Source of the DNA: a virus | Taxonomy: Duplodnaviria; Caudoviricetes | Length of the DNA stretch: 64,000 nt | Strand: one strand, 5' to 3' | Virus record (IMG/VR): IMGVR_UViG_2922696095_000003 | Span: 6,990-70,989 of that record | In this document: one piece after another, positions 1 through 10,978 of the stretch | How the letters are laid out: every line of letters begins with the position of its first letter | Position numbering within the stretch: position 1 is the stretch's first letter | Program-made: the position numbers and the translations under genes | Notes under the pieces: generated by a model | Database searches by the model: none | Told to the model about the DNA's origin: nothing | Seen by the model: the letters and a program-made list of their open reading frames with translations, nothing else

Positions 1-1191
1 CCTACAAGGCAGCAGCTACATGACGTGTTATGGGCTGAGATTAATAAATGGCAATCTAAAAGTCCGGTGCTGAAACGAATCCTTAAGTGGACAAAGACCA
101 AAATATACATGAAGAATTATGAGGAACGCTGGTTCGCTACAGCTCGGACAGCAACCAAGCCTGAAAATATGCAGGGCTTCCATGAGGACTACATGCTATT
201 TATTGTGGATGAGGCATCGGGTGTTGCTGATCCAATCATGGAGGCTATTTTAGGTACGTTGTCTGGTGAGTTCAATAAAATATTGATGTGCGGTAACCCA
301 ACAAAAACGTCGGGAGTTTTTTATGATTCGCACAATAAGGATAGAGCGGATTATAAAACACGCAAGGTGTCATGCTTAGACAGCCCAAGAACCAGCAAGG
401 ATAATATCGCTATGCTCAAGCGGAAGTATGGCGAAGGCAGTGATGTATGGAGAGTCCGGGTTGAAGGTGAATTCCCCCGTGGAGAATCGGATACATTTAT
501 TTCGTTGGAAGTGGCTGAATTTGCAGCTAAAGAAGTGAAGCTGGAACCGAGCGGAGATATGCTAACCATAGGCGTTGACGTTGCACGATTTGGTGATGAT
601 GAGACCTCAATGTTTGCTGGTATAGGCCCAAGAGTTGTAGGAGAACACCATCATTTCAAGAAAGACACAATGGTAACTGCCGGATGGGTGATTAACCTGG
701 CTAAAGAGTTGCACGTTGCTCATCCCGGTTTGAACAGAATCAGAATTAGGGTGGATGATAGCGGTGTAGGTGGAGGCGTAACAGATCGGCTTAATGAAAT
801 CGTAGCTGAAGAAGGGCTACCATATGAAATCATACCAATTAACAACGGCTCCTCTTCATTAGATGAGCACTATGGAAACCTAGTTACTGAAATGTGGGCA
901 TCTATTAAGGATCAATTGGAACAGAATATGAGTAATTTCATAAATGGAGATGTGAGCGTTCTACAATTGCCTAATGATGATGTTCTTATAACCCAACTTA
1001 CAGCACGTAAATGGAACATGACCAGCAAGGGTAAAATGCTGCTTGAAAGTAAGAAGGATATGAAAAAGCGTGGGCTCAAGTCACCAGATAGAGCTGACGC
1101 TTTTGTTTTGACATTTGGGGAATATTTGATGGAACCAGATACACATATTATGATTCCTTCAATAGGTAGTGTGTTAGTAAAAAGAAAATAA
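1..1191 (+). CDS. terL: Terminase large subunit (starts upstream of window)
   Basis: Frame open from base 1; Walker B FIVDEASG, GNP coupling motif, nuclease motifs GVDVARFGDD and SPDRADA. Confidence 0.93.
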   Translation, partial: PTRQQLHDVLWAEINKWQSKSPVLKRILKWTKTKIYMKNYEERWFATARTATKPENMQGFHEDYMLFIVDEASGVADPIMEAILGTLSGEFNKILMCGNPTKTSGVFYDSHNKDRADYKTRKVSCLDSPRTSKDNIAMLKRKYGEGSDVWRVRVEGEFPRGESDTFISLEVAEFAAKEVKLEPSGDMLTIGVDVARFGDDETSMFAGIGPRVVGEHHHFKKDTMVTAGWVINLAKELHVAHPGLNRIRIRVDDSGVGGGVTDRLNEIVAEEGLPYEIIPINNGSSSLDEHYGNLVTEMWASIKDQLEQNMSNFINGDVSVLQLPNDDVLITQLTARKWNMTSKGKMLLESKKDMKKRGLKSPDRADAFVLTFGEYLMEPDTHIMIPSIGSVLVKRK

Positions 1192-1324
1192 GAGGTTAAG
1201 CAATACTGTTCAGTGAAAATAAAGTATTGGACTGACTGTGCTGATCCAACGCCCATCATAATGGTATGAACCATCAGGTTCTTAAAAATAAGTTTTAGAC
1301 TGGCTTGAATATTAAATAGACACA

Positions 1325-1363
1325 GAGGCAGCCTGGGACTGAAAAATAAGTCCTAGGCTGCCT
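1325..1363. terminator. Hairpin at left edge of protease moron
   Basis: gaggcagcctgggact...agtcctaggctgcctc inverted repeat. Confidence 0.5.
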
Positions 1364-1641
1364 CTAATTGATAGAACTAACGTTATTCGTTTAGTGTAAT
1401 GGCAATTCAAACTATCTAACGCCATAAAGGTTAGGATAATCTTCTATCTTATTTTTCATATCCGGTATATTTCTTCACAAAGTTAAAGAAGAACAATTTC
1501 ATAACAGTATAGTTACGGAATCTTTATCATTAGTAACGCTTAATGCGTAATGGGCATTTTTTCTTTTGCCAATGGGTGGGATTTACTCCAGGTCAATACC
1601 AGCAGACAGACTGCTTTCTTAGAGGAAAGAAGGGGCGGAAT

Positions 1642-1704
1642 AAACAGCTCCATCAGCGTCCCCTTCTGGGTCCGGGACACATAACTGCGGCTGATGCCCA
1701 GCTT
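1642..1704 (-). pseudogene. Fragment resembling the C-terminus (region 4.2) of sporulation sigma factor SigK
   Basis: Translates KLGISRSYVSRTQKGTLMELF; compare SigK LGISRSYVSRIEKRALMK. Confidence 0.55.
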
Positions 1705-1822
1705 CTAGGTGATTATAATTACCTTTTATTGGAAATAGAATATTTTCACCTCTTCAAGGGATAACTAGAACTGCTTCTTCAGCGTCCCATTTGATAGGAG
1801 TTTACACAGGAGGTGAAAATAA

Positions 1823-2710
1823 ATGCCGGACGTTACTCACAAGCAGACAGTCAGAGCAATTGACAGTCCTGAGATCCGAAATCTGGTTCAGCGCATAGAC
1901 AGGGAGCCATATGCCACAGTCTTAAAGCATCTGGCAGCTTACCCTACCCGTCATTCCGCAAGTGAATCCTTTAGAGAAGCAGCACTGTGGAGCAGAGAAC
2001 AATTCCGGAAGATGGGTTATGATCAATGGACCGAGCAATTCACCCTTCCGGGCAGCAGTATCGGTAGTTGGAATATTGTCGCCGAGCAGAACGGCTCAGG
2101 AACTGCACCCCGTAAGTTAATCCTGCTCACTGCCCATCTGGATTCAGTGAATCTTGCAGACAACGGGCTTGGTATTGCTGCACCAGCACCAGGTGCGGAT
2201 GACAATGCCAGCGGAAGCGCAGGGGTGCTTGAACTTGCGCGGATATTGGCAGGTGTCAAATTCAGGAATGATGTGAGATTTGTGCTTTTTGGAGGAGAAG
2301 AGCAAGGATTATTTGGAAGCAAGCATCACATTGAGCAGTTAACAGCGGAAAACCGAAATCGTATCCAAGCGGTAATCAATATGGATATGATCGGGTGCAT
2401 CAATGTGAATCCCCCATCGGTTCTGATTGAAGCCGCAACTATTTCCGAGGCCCTTATGGAGAGCCTGCAGGCTGCTGCCTCTGCTTATACATCATTGGAA
2501 GTCCACACATCGCTGAATCCTTTTGCAAGTGATCATGTATCATTTCTGGATGCCGGAATCCCTGCAGTCTTAACCATCGAAGGGGCGGACGACCAGAATC
2601 CTTTTGAGCACTCTGAAAAGGATACCGTAGAACGTATTCATTATGATCTGGCCTCAGACATTCTTAGAATGAACGCAGCCGTCCTGATACAACAGCTAGA
2701 CATCATCTAA
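1823..2710 (+). CDS. M28 family zinc aminopeptidase
   Basis: AHLDS, GADDNASG, GEEQGLFGS, NMDMIG and SDH motifs; SD aggaggtg. Confidence 0.9.
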   Translation: MPDVTHKQTVRAIDSPEIRNLVQRIDREPYATVLKHLAAYPTRHSASESFREAALWSREQFRKMGYDQWTEQFTLPGSSIGSWNIVAEQNGSGTAPRKLILLTAHLDSVNLADNGLGIAAPAPGADDNASGSAGVLELARILAGVKFRNDVRFVLFGGEEQGLFGSKHHIEQLTAENRNRIQAVINMDMIGCINVNPPSVLIEAATISEALMESLQAAASAYTSLEVHTSLNPFASDHVSFLDAGIPAVLTIEGADDQNPFEHSEKDTVERIHYDLASDILRMNAAVLIQQLDII

Positions 2711-2713
2711 TCC

Positions 2714-3733
2714 ATGGAGGTAAATACAATGAATGATTCCAACAGAGCAGCCTCAGACGGTTCCAACGAAGCCGCACCCGTTACTGTTCCATCCCACAGA
2801 AGATGTGCCACCGACGAAAAGCACCGTTTGTTGCTTGCCTCTTCTCCGGAGTATGCAAACAACCGCAAGCAGTTGCAACAGACGGTTATGGCTGCGCGCA
2901 ATAATGCCCGTTCCAGTAACCGTGAGGTCGTCACCATTCCAGTGGTGGTGCATGTGGTTTGGAAATTACCCGAAGAGAACATCTCAATAGAGCAAATCAA
3001 CAGCCAAATCGATGTGCTGAATCGTGATTTCCGCAAAAAAAACAGCGATGTGTCAAAGGTGCCCGATGTATGGAAGCCACTCGTAAGCGATGCACGGATA
3101 GAATTCAAGCTGACTTCTACAGATCCCAACGGAAATCCTACGGATGGGATTACACGGACTCAATCGAATAAAAATAGTTTTGATGTTAACGGAGATGATG
3201 TAAAATTCTCGGTAAGTGGCGGTATCGATGCCTGGCCTTCCGACCGTTATCTTAACCTTTGGGTATGTAGACAGATTAAGAGTGGAGACCAAGATGGAAT
3301 TCTAGGTTATGCCCAATTTCCCGGAGGTGCGGCCGAGACGGATGGCGTTGTCATTATGACTAATGCTTTTGGCACCATTGGGACGGTTAATTTGCCCAAT
3401 AACCCTTATAACCTGGGCCGTACAGCCGTACACGAAGTTGCGCATTATCTGAACGTGTACCACATTTGGGGTGATGAAATGCCATGGGAGGATGAATGCA
3501 GTAAATCCGACAAAGTAGATGATACCCCCAATCAAGGCCGGCAGAACGTCGGAAAACCTGTATACCCCCACATCAGCTGTAATAACGCCCCCCACGGGGA
3601 TATGTTTATGAACTACATGGATTATGTCGACGACGACACCATGTATATGTTCACGAAAGATCAGGTGGCCCGCATGGATATTTGCCTAAGTACGATTCGC
3701 TCCTCCTTTCTGAATCAGCCGGTTCATAGCTAA
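2714..3733 (+). CDS. M43 (ulilysin/pappalysin-like) zinc metalloprotease
   Basis: Cys-switch [26 protein letters not shown], Met-turn NYMDY. Confidence 0.92.
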   Translation: MEVNTMNDSNRAASDGSNEAAPVTVPSHRRCATDEKHRLLLASSPEYANNRKQLQQTVMAARNNARSSNREVVTIPVVVHVVWKLPEENISIEQINSQIDVLNRDFRKKNSDVSKVPDVWKPLVSDARIEFKLTSTDPNGNPTDGITRTQSNKNSFDVNGDDVKFSVSGGIDAWPSDRYLNLWVCRQIKSGDQDGILGYAQFPGGAAETDGVVIMTNAFGTIGTVNLPNNPYNLGRTAVHEVAHYLNVYHIWGDEMPWEDECSKSDKVDDTPNQGRQNVGKPVYPHISCNNAPHGDMFMNYMDYVDDDTMYMFTKDQVARMDICLSTIRSSFLNQPVHS

Positions 3734-3766
3734 TCTTTAGAACATATTCGAAATGGAGGCCGGAGG

Positions 3767-4084
3767 ATGAAGCAACTTCAGAAGGAAGTTTTTGGAATAT
3801 GGCGGCATTCGTATGAAGAAGATGACGAAGACATCACCGTTTTTCGCCCTGCTGGTTATTCTTTCGCACCCTCCCGTGGACGGGACAGGCTGGAGATCAA
3901 GCCGGACGGTACCTTCGAACGATCGGTTCCTGCCCGTGGGGACGGATTAGACACGATAAGCGGGGAATGGAAGCTTGAGGAGAATAACCAGATTAAATTC
4001 AATTATGATAGCAAAGGCTCCTCACCACAGAAGGTTGAAATTACCGAATGCTCAGACGATATCCTGAAGGTACGTAAAGTGTAA
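3767..4084 (+). CDS. Small beta-rich protein in protease operon
   Basis: SD ggagg; GIWRHSYEED motif; co-oriented with proteases. Confidence 0.7.
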   Translation: MKQLQKEVFGIWRHSYEEDDEDITVFRPAGYSFAPSRGRDRLEIKPDGTFERSVPARGDGLDTISGEWKLEENNQIKFNYDSKGSSPQKVEITECSDDILKVRKV

Positions 4085-4094
4085 GCAGGCCCTA

Positions 4095-4150
4095 AAGGGG
4101 TGTCCCAAAAGCCATGAAATGGCTTCTTGGAACACCCCTTATTTTATTTT
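4095..4150 (+). terminator. Intrinsic terminator of protease operon
   Basis: aaggggtgt...acacccctt hairpin followed by T-rich tract. Confidence 0.6.
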
Positions 4151-4282
4151 TTCACTTTGTTTTCATTGTTATATCATTGTATGATTTTCAATTTGCTATA
4201 TATCAGAGTATTGTGCAGGTCCCCACAAGTACGGATCTCTGATGGCTCGCGCCTTTGCGACGGGGGAGGGCGAATTACGTGA

Positions 4283-4599
4283 CATCCAGTGGTTTCACAC
4301 TGATAATGGAGTGAATTTAAAAATCATGAGTTGCTGAACACCTTCCACATAGGCCATTCCCTCCGTATGAAAGGCCACCCTAACGATAACGCTGTGGCAG
4401 AAGCCACGTCCAAAGTCATGAAGGCCGAGTTTGTGTATCAGATGGATTTTCAGAGTCTTCATCATTTGGAATTGGAGTTTTTTGATTATATCAATTGCTA
4501 CAACAAACATCGCATACACGAAACAGTGGACTACGGCTTCCTGTTCTTTATCGAAACGCATCCCTTAAAATAGTCTTTTGATTAACTGGTGACAATCCA
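4283..4599 (+). pseudogene. IS3-family transposase C-terminal remnant
   Basis: FHTDNG, KGHPNDNAVAE, MKAEF, DYINCYNKHRIH motifs; frameshifted, N-terminus missing. Confidence 0.8.
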
Positions 4600-4812
4600 C
4601 AAATGTGCCTGAGGAGTAGCGAAAAGAGGAATATAGAGGGTCAGGAAACTTTTCCTGATCTTTTCTGGCTGTTTAGGAGTTCAGAATTATCTTCTAAAGG
4701 AGGTTGCTATGGCGAGAGTAATCATTTATCTAGTAGAAAATCAGTAGTAAATCTGAATAAAACTGATGTTATTCTGTATTCATAGAAGTTTGCCAAGAAA
4801 GGTGGTGAAATC

Positions 4813-6273
4813 TTGAAATGGTATCATAAAGTCATATATTCATTAGCAAATTCAGTTCTTCCAGTTGTGGTAAAGCGACAGATGATGGGTGTGGGCAGGA
4901 CGACAGTCCCAAAGAACTCTAACCCATGGGGGATATTTAATTGGCTACCCAAAAAGTATCAACAAGCTCACAACATTGACCTCACCAAGTTGCAGAGCTA
5001 TACGGCTGAGGAATTACTTGAGCTTCTAATATCTGTTCATCCAGACGTATCCTATGCTTTATACACATACTTACGTATGGGAGATACCGACTTAACATTT
5101 ACAGCTAAGAAGCCAAACGGGAATGCAGATAAGAGTGGACAACTGGTTTTGGACGAACTGAAGGCCATGCTGAATACACCGTTACCTTCGCCGGGATATC
5201 AACACGGACGGTCGCTGGAAAAGTTGGACACCATTCAGCGAATGATGATTATGGTTCGTGGCGCTTGTGCTGGTGAAGTTGTGCTGAACGAGCAGTGTAA
5301 TGATGTAGTTGATATTGTTCCGGTTGATCCGGCTTTAATTTGGTTCCGCAGGGAGCCGAATACAAATCGGCTTACACCATGGCAATACGTGAAGAATCCA
5401 CGAAGGAGCGCGAATGAAGAGTGGTTCGGTAATTACAAGAAAATCGACACTCCAACGTTCATCTATGAAGAGTTCGATCCTATGGTAGATGATCCATATG
5501 GTCGAACGCCAATGTTGCCGGTGCTTAAGGTAGTGTTCTTTCACCTACAGGTCCTGTCTGATTTAAAGGCTGTTGTTCATAACCAAGGATATCCACGGCT
5601 TGATATCTCCATGTTGGAAGAAATCATGCTGAAGAATATGCCGAACAACTTAAAGAGTAATCCAGATGGACAGCAAAAATGGCTTAAAGAGCGAATGGAT
5701 GAGATGCTAAACCATTTCAACTCACTTAATCCAGATGATGCTCTTGTCCACTGGGATAGTGTAAAGGTCGAGTATCTCAAAGGGGGCAATTCGGGGCCGA
5801 TGATTGATATTAAGAAGCTGATTGACATCATTGATACCCAAATGGCTACTTCATTAAAAACGCTGCTTACTATCCTTTCCCGGCACCAAGGGTCAACTGA
5901 AACTTACAGTTCGATTGATACTCAAATATATATCAAAAATGTAGAGTCCGCGCGGAGCGTAACCAAACGTTTCTGGCAGCGGGCTTTTTCGTTGTCCGCA
6001 AGAGTAAAGGGGACTCAAACAAAAGTTGAAGCTGACTATCTCCCTATTGATCTACGCTCAGAAAATGAGATTGAACGCGACCGACGTTCAAAGATCGACA
6101 ACTACATCACAGCAGAGAAGAATTTCTACATCACACCGTTGGAAGCTGCTGAGGAAATACGTTGGACACTTGGTATTAATGCCAAAATTCCTGCTGAATT
6201 ACTTCCTTTACTTGTAAAGAAGCATGAACCTGATTCGAATGAAGAAAATACTCCACCGGAGGGAGGTGAATAG
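4813..6273 (+). CDS. Portal protein
   Basis: 486 aa, first head gene after terminase; DDPYGRTPM motif. Confidence 0.8.
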   Translation: MKWYHKVIYSLANSVLPVVVKRQMMGVGRTTVPKNSNPWGIFNWLPKKYQQAHNIDLTKLQSYTAEELLELLISVHPDVSYALYTYLRMGDTDLTFTAKKPNGNADKSGQLVLDELKAMLNTPLPSPGYQHGRSLEKLDTIQRMMIMVRGACAGEVVLNEQCNDVVDIVPVDPALIWFRREPNTNRLTPWQYVKNPRRSANEEWFGNYKKIDTPTFIYEEFDPMVDDPYGRTPMLPVLKVVFFHLQVLSDLKAVVHNQGYPRLDISMLEEIMLKNMPNNLKSNPDGQQKWLKERMDEMLNHFNSLNPDDALVHWDSVKVEYLKGGNSGPMIDIKKLIDIIDTQMATSLKTLLTILSRHQGSTETYSSIDTQIYIKNVESARSVTKRFWQRAFSLSARVKGTQTKVEADYLPIDLRSENEIERDRRSKIDNYITAEKNFYITPLEAAEEIRWTLGINAKIPAELLPLLVKKHEPDSNEENTPPEGGE

Positions 6274-6278
6274 ACAAT

Positions 6279-7583
6279 ATGGCAAAACCTACAGCTGAGC
6301 AATTAGTGAAGATCAATCAAAAATCATTGGTCCCTTTAACCGATGAACAAACTCATGTGTTTCAAGCGAGGATTATTGGAACCAAGCGTATTGATAAGTA
6401 CAAAATGAAGATTACTCCAAACTTCCTACGTAAAATGGCTGATCAAGTTAAAGAGGGAGTAGCCTTGCTGGTTGATCATCCGTGGCAGAAATGGGAAGCC
6501 TTATCGTTCCCTTATGGTCGAACCTTCGACAGTAGAATCGTAGAGGAAGGCGGGGAATTGGAACTCTACGGTGATCATTACATGGCAAAAGGGCTAGAAG
6601 CTAATGGGATCTCAACGGATCAACTAGCTACCGGTATTGATTCAGGAACTATATTTGACACCTCGGCAGGATTTGTAACAACGAAACATATTTGTGGTAT
6701 CTGTGGCGGTGACTACTACGGACCTTCAGCATGCTCTCACATCCGTGGACAAATGTATGACGACAAAGAATGTCTTGTTCTAGCCGATGACGGATACATC
6801 ATGGAGAACTCTATTGTATTTGATGGAGGTTATGAAGGAGCTGGAATTACTCGCGAATCCCTCTCGATGAAACAACATAGTGAAGGCGAGCAGCCAAAGC
6901 AAACTGAATATGAACCACTACCTTTAGATGCTAAGTCGCTAGATGGCGATGGACGCGTCTTTTATTTTTTCAGCAACAAAGGCGGCATGTCTGCTTTTGT
7001 ATCTAAACAGCATCAAACAAAAGAACAGGCCGAGACACTGGCTCAAGGAGATGACACTATGAATGAAGAACAAAAAGCTGCTTTGGCAGCAGCGCAAACC
7101 CAAGCAACTGCTCTGGCAGCGGCTAATGGTGTGCTTGGACAAATACGGGCTGCACTGGGCGTTGAAAGTGACGCAGAAATCCCAGCGAAGCTTACGGCGC
7201 TAAGTGTTCAAGCTGCTGATGGAGCAATGTACAAGGTGAAGGTCACTGAACAAGCATGTGGAGCTGGCATCCGCGCTCTTGGTGAAGCCTTTAATGTAGA
7301 AGCTATGAAAACTGCATTAGCTAATTTGCCGATATCTGAAATTGAAAAGATCGGCGCAACGTATGAAGCGCAGGCACAAGCTGCTTTGGGTGGTGGTGGT
7401 CGCCATACACAAGGTGACGATGTAAATCTTCCTGAAGGAGCACTGAATGGAACACCACCAACTAACTCACAAAATGATGGTAGCGAGAAAACGCCAGAAC
7501 AACTTAAAGCATTGGCTCGTGAAGAAGCTCGGGCGGCTCTTAAGAATACAGGCAGAGGTAATCTGCTGAAGGAGGATAAATAA
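6279..7583 (+). CDS. Prohead protease/scaffold protein
   Basis: Between portal and capsid genes; CxxC...CxH motif, Ala-rich helical C-terminus. Confidence 0.65.
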   Translation: MAKPTAEQLVKINQKSLVPLTDEQTHVFQARIIGTKRIDKYKMKITPNFLRKMADQVKEGVALLVDHPWQKWEALSFPYGRTFDSRIVEEGGELELYGDHYMAKGLEANGISTDQLATGIDSGTIFDTSAGFVTTKHICGICGGDYYGPSACSHIRGQMYDDKECLVLADDGYIMENSIVFDGGYEGAGITRESLSMKQHSEGEQPKQTEYEPLPLDAKSLDGDGRVFYFFSNKGGMSAFVSKQHQTKEQAETLAQGDDTMNEEQKAALAAAQTQATALAAANGVLGQIRAALGVESDAEIPAKLTALSVQAADGAMYKVKVTEQACGAGIRALGEAFNVEAMKTALANLPISEIEKIGATYEAQAQAALGGGGRHTQGDDVNLPEGALNGTPPTNSQNDGSEKTPEQLKALAREEARAALKNTGRGNLLKEDK

Positions 7584-7585
7584 TT

Positions 7586-7966
7586 ATGATGCAATCTCAG
7601 TATAATGGTGCTCCTGGTCCCGGTCAGGTTATTACTCAAGAGTTTACGGAGGTTCTAGCATCTACTGATCTTCAAGCTAAACTACCAGGAGGGATTTTGC
7701 TGAAACAAGGGCAAGGAATACTGAAAAAAGGTACGGTTATCGGCAAGATAACAGCAGCAGGAGCGGATAAGGATAAAGCGGTAGCTTATAGTTCCGCAGC
7801 AACCAACGGCTCCGAAGTGGCTTTGTGCATCCTTGATAATGATCATGACACAACACTTTCTGATATTGGGGCATCTGCGTGGATTGCAGGTGTTTTTGAT
7901 TCATCCAAATTGACTGGCTTAGATGCAGCAGCTAAAACAGCGCTGAAGCTTTGCTACTTTGTATAA
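7586..7966 (+). CDS. Head decoration protein (lambda gpD-like)
   Basis: GILKKGTVIGKIT and GSEVALCIL motifs; directly before capsid gene. Confidence 0.8.
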   Translation: MMQSQYNGAPGPGQVITQEFTEVLASTDLQAKLPGGILLKQGQGILKKGTVIGKITAAGADKDKAVAYSSAATNGSEVALCILDNDHDTTLSDIGASAWIAGVFDSSKLTGLDAAAKTALKLCYFV

Positions 7967-7980
7967 GGGGGATAAAATAC

Positions 7981-8994
7981 ATGGCAAACGTACTTGATCC
8001 ATATTTCCTTACGGAAGTCGTCCAGAACATTCGGACGGATATTAACAGTTTTCGCGGCGCCCAACTCCTGACGAATGGCGTGGATTTCAAACCGGAACTT
8101 GGACTAACGATCGAATATGACATTACCTATGACGACACAGGTATGACACCACCTACAGGACTGAATGACCCTTCACCTATTCATACTCCACCTGTGGTGA
8201 AACACATGAACTTCACAAACCAAGAATGGAGAGAAAAGGTTGTTATCGACCGTGAAAAGATTGCTACTTTGAGAAAGCCAGGGAACAGTCTTGAGCAAAA
8301 GTGGGGCGAAGAATACATGATCGAGAAAATGGTTGGTCTGAACCTTCGCCTCGAAACTCGGTTTGAGTGGATGAGATGGCAGTCATTAACAGGAAAACTT
8401 ATTGTACCAGCCACATCCACCAAACCAGCCAGAACGATTGACTATGGTGTTCCAGCTAATAACAAGCCAACAGCATCCGTATTGTGGAGTAATACCGAAA
8501 CAGCAGATCCATTGGCTGATTTGGATGGCTGGTCACTTCGATTCCGAGGAAGTGGGGCTCGTCCTGTTAAAATTATTGTTAATAAGAAAGTCGATATCTA
8601 TTTGAAGCAGAATGCTAAAATCCGCGAATTGATCAAGTACACTTTTGGTAAAGATGTTGTCACTGACGGTTCGCTTGCTGAAATTGTCAGCCAAAATTTG
8701 AATGGTCTTAAGTATGAAGTTTACGATGGTGGTTACATTGATGACTCTGGCGTATTCTATCCGTTCATTCCAGATAATGCAGTAATCATAATCGGCCAAG
8801 GTATGACAGGCTCAATTATGGATCTTGTGACCGGCCCGAATAACTATGAAGACATTTTCACCGGTCATACAGGGAAGTTTGCACTGACTAAGTTGATCCA
8901 AGGAGACCCCGATCAATGGCAAGCCATCAATGGTGCAACAGTGCTACCGCGTCTGAAATACGTCAACTGGCATATCTTCGCAACAGTGGCGTAA
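7981..8994 (+). CDS. Major capsid protein (lambda gpE-like)
   Basis: RFEWMRWQSLTG, IDYGVP, DPLADL motifs; SD aaggggg before ATG 7981. Confidence 0.88.
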   Translation: MANVLDPYFLTEVVQNIRTDINSFRGAQLLTNGVDFKPELGLTIEYDITYDDTGMTPPTGLNDPSPIHTPPVVKHMNFTNQEWREKVVIDREKIATLRKPGNSLEQKWGEEYMIEKMVGLNLRLETRFEWMRWQSLTGKLIVPATSTKPARTIDYGVPANNKPTASVLWSNTETADPLADLDGWSLRFRGSGARPVKIIVNKKVDIYLKQNAKIRELIKYTFGKDVVTDGSLAEIVSQNLNGLKYEVYDGGYIDDSGVFYPFIPDNAVIIIGQGMTGSIMDLVTGPNNYEDIFTGHTGKFALTKLIQGDPDQWQAINGATVLPRLKYVNWHIFATVA

Positions 8995-9011
8995 GGGAGG
9001 AGATCGAATTT

Positions 9012-9401
9012 ATGACAACTGTAAGAGTATTGGTTGATGCTGTTGGGCAATACAATTCGGGGGACATCGTAACAGATGCCCCTGATGGTCTTGTAGATAT
9101 CGCAAAGAATGAAATCCGTAATGCCGCAACTGGACAATTGCTTGCGGAGATTGTAGATGGTAATGGGGCTCTTGATGGTTCTCCTTCAGAACGGGAGTTG
9201 CAACTTCAGGCCGAATTAGAACAGTCCAAAGCGCGAGAAGCAGAATTACTTGAGCAAATTGATATTCTTCAGTCCGATGGTGAGTTGAAAGAATTGAAAG
9301 CCTCAGCTAAGGAATTGAAAATACCTGGATACACCAAAATGAGTATTGAAGAATTGAAACAGGCTATCAGTGCTGCAGGCGGTGCAGCAGATGGCAACTA
9401 A
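9012..9401 (+). CDS. Head-associated protein with Rho-N-like C-terminus
   Basis: ELKASAKELKIPGYTKMSIEELKQAI motif. Confidence 0.65.
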   Translation: MTTVRVLVDAVGQYNSGDIVTDAPDGLVDIAKNEIRNAATGQLLAEIVDGNGALDGSPSERELQLQAELEQSKAREAELLEQIDILQSDGELKELKASAKELKIPGYTKMSIEELKQAISAAGGAADGN

Positions 9402-9828
9402 TAAGATACTCACTACAGAAACATATCACGAGGAGATTAGAGGGCGTCTAGGCGTTGGTGAGGATGTAATATCCGATGCTGACATAGACGCTCTTTCTGT
9501 TTTGTCCATTGGAGAATCGAGGATTGTAAAAGCCGTTCCTGATTATGCTGAGTTAACTGGTGATGATCAAACTTATATGTATGCAGCAACCGTTTGTATG
9601 GTTGCTGCCATACTGGCCCCTTCCATGACAGCGAGAATCAAGAAGTCTAAAAAGGACTTTGACTTCTCTTTTGAAAATCAGGTTGTTGATTGGAAAAAGT
9701 ATGCTGTTCAGCTTGTTGATGAAGCCTATGAGTTTATCGAGTCCATATCAACAGTACAGCAAGGGACAGATGTTCCGGTATTCGGTGTAGCTGGGCCGAC
9801 TCGGGCGAGAGAAAGGCGGCGTCACTAA
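9391..9828 (+). CDS. Head-tail connector (adaptor)
   Basis: Position and size; overlaps neighbours. Confidence 0.55.
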   Translation: MATNKILTTETYHEEIRGRLGVGEDVISDADIDALSVLSIGESRIVKAVPDYAELTGDDQTYMYAATVCMVAAILAPSMTARIKKSKKDFDFSFENQVVDWKKYAVQLVDEAYEFIESISTVQQGTDVPVFGVAGPTRARERRRH

Positions 9829-10403
9829 TGTTTAAAGACTTCGCTCATAGGCATTCACCTTGTACTGTCAATGGTGAGCCCGATGTCGTTATATTGTCTA
9901 GGGAAACGAAAGCCACAACGGTTATCGGAAAAGAGTATATGTACAATGGTTTGTTTTCTTCGAAATCATCTATAAAGCCGGGAGATATAGTTCAGAACGA
10001 ATCTTCGTATGTGGTACAGACTCTACGTACAACAACTGAGAAGGACAAGTACTGCTCTCTGATTAAAACGAACGCTTTAATCGAGGTTCAGAGATACCAG
10101 CAAGCTTATGATGCAAACGATAATCCGGTGGACGATGCTGAATTTACATCGGTCGCTGCTGATGTTGTTTGCTTTGCACTGTATGTCACAGCACAATTGC
10201 GACAACAGGAGCCGGGCTTGCTGCCGAGTACCGTGTTTACCTTGCAGTTACAGACGACAGTCGATGTAAGAGACCCTCAAGACTCAAGTCTATCCGCGCC
10301 TGACCGGATTGTAATGGGCGGGAAGACATACCAGGTAGATGTGGTAGATAGGATCAAGTATCCTAACTTGCTGCATGTTCAGCTTTCAGAGGACCGCCGA
10401 TGA
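9828..10403 (+). CDS. Head closure protein
   Basis: Position; DRIVMGGKTYQVDVVD beta motif. Confidence 0.55.
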   Translation: MFKDFAHRHSPCTVNGEPDVVILSRETKATTVIGKEYMYNGLFSSKSSIKPGDIVQNESSYVVQTLRTTTEKDKYCSLIKTNALIEVQRYQQAYDANDNPVDDAEFTSVAADVVCFALYVTAQLRQQEPGLLPSTVFTLQLQTTVDVRDPQDSSLSAPDRIVMGGKTYQVDVVDRIKYPNLLHVQLSEDRR

Positions 10404-10978
10404 TTACAGGGTATGATTCAGCGAAAGCGGCGAAGGATCTGGAGAATAAGCTCGCTGTTGAAATTACCGGGCTAACGAAACTGGTCATGCTGACAGCCAA
10501 AAGCGGCATACGGTACTATCCGGCAGTTCGGGACCATTTGGAAATGCACATGTTTGTACTTGCTAATCAAATGATTTCAGGAGATATAACCGCTGACTAT
10601 TGGCAGGCATGGCTTGAACAGTTTGGCAAAGGGTCCAAGATGGCAGACAGCAGTCAAAACCCCGGATTGGTGACCTATATGAACAGTGAAGCATGGAACC
10701 GACTGAGGTCCAAAGGTGATCGTATTATTGTAGGTCGTTCCCGTGGAAAGTACCAGGCAATTGACGGCACCATGAAGGAATCAGGCGGTGGCTATGCTGG
10801 AGTAGATTTAGAGGAGTTGGCGGAACGCGGCGATATTGATGCGTCATTCAAAGCTACACCGCCGACCTACTTTTTGCGTATCGCAATCCAGTCCAACCGC
10901 AAACGGATTTTGGATGGTATTAGCCGTGTCATAACTGAGTTTCCTTATCACAGATACTTCAAGGAGGTAAAGGAGTGA
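10400..10978 (+). CDS. Neck/tail completion protein
   Basis: Position; ATGA overlap with upstream gene. Confidence 0.5.
   Translation: MITGYDSAKAAKDLENKLAVEITGLTKLVMLTAKSGIRYYPAVRDHLEMHMFVLANQMISGDITADYWQAWLEQFGKGSKMADSSQNPGLVTYMNSEAWNRLRSKGDRIIVGRSRGKYQAIDGTMKESGGGYAGVDLEELAERGDIDASFKATPPTYFLRIAIQSNRKRILDGISRVITEFPYHRYFKEVKE

Noticed and set aside
3739-3753. Possible LexA box agaacatattcg
   Set aside because: Spacing does not fit GAAC-N4-GTTC and it lies inside an operon
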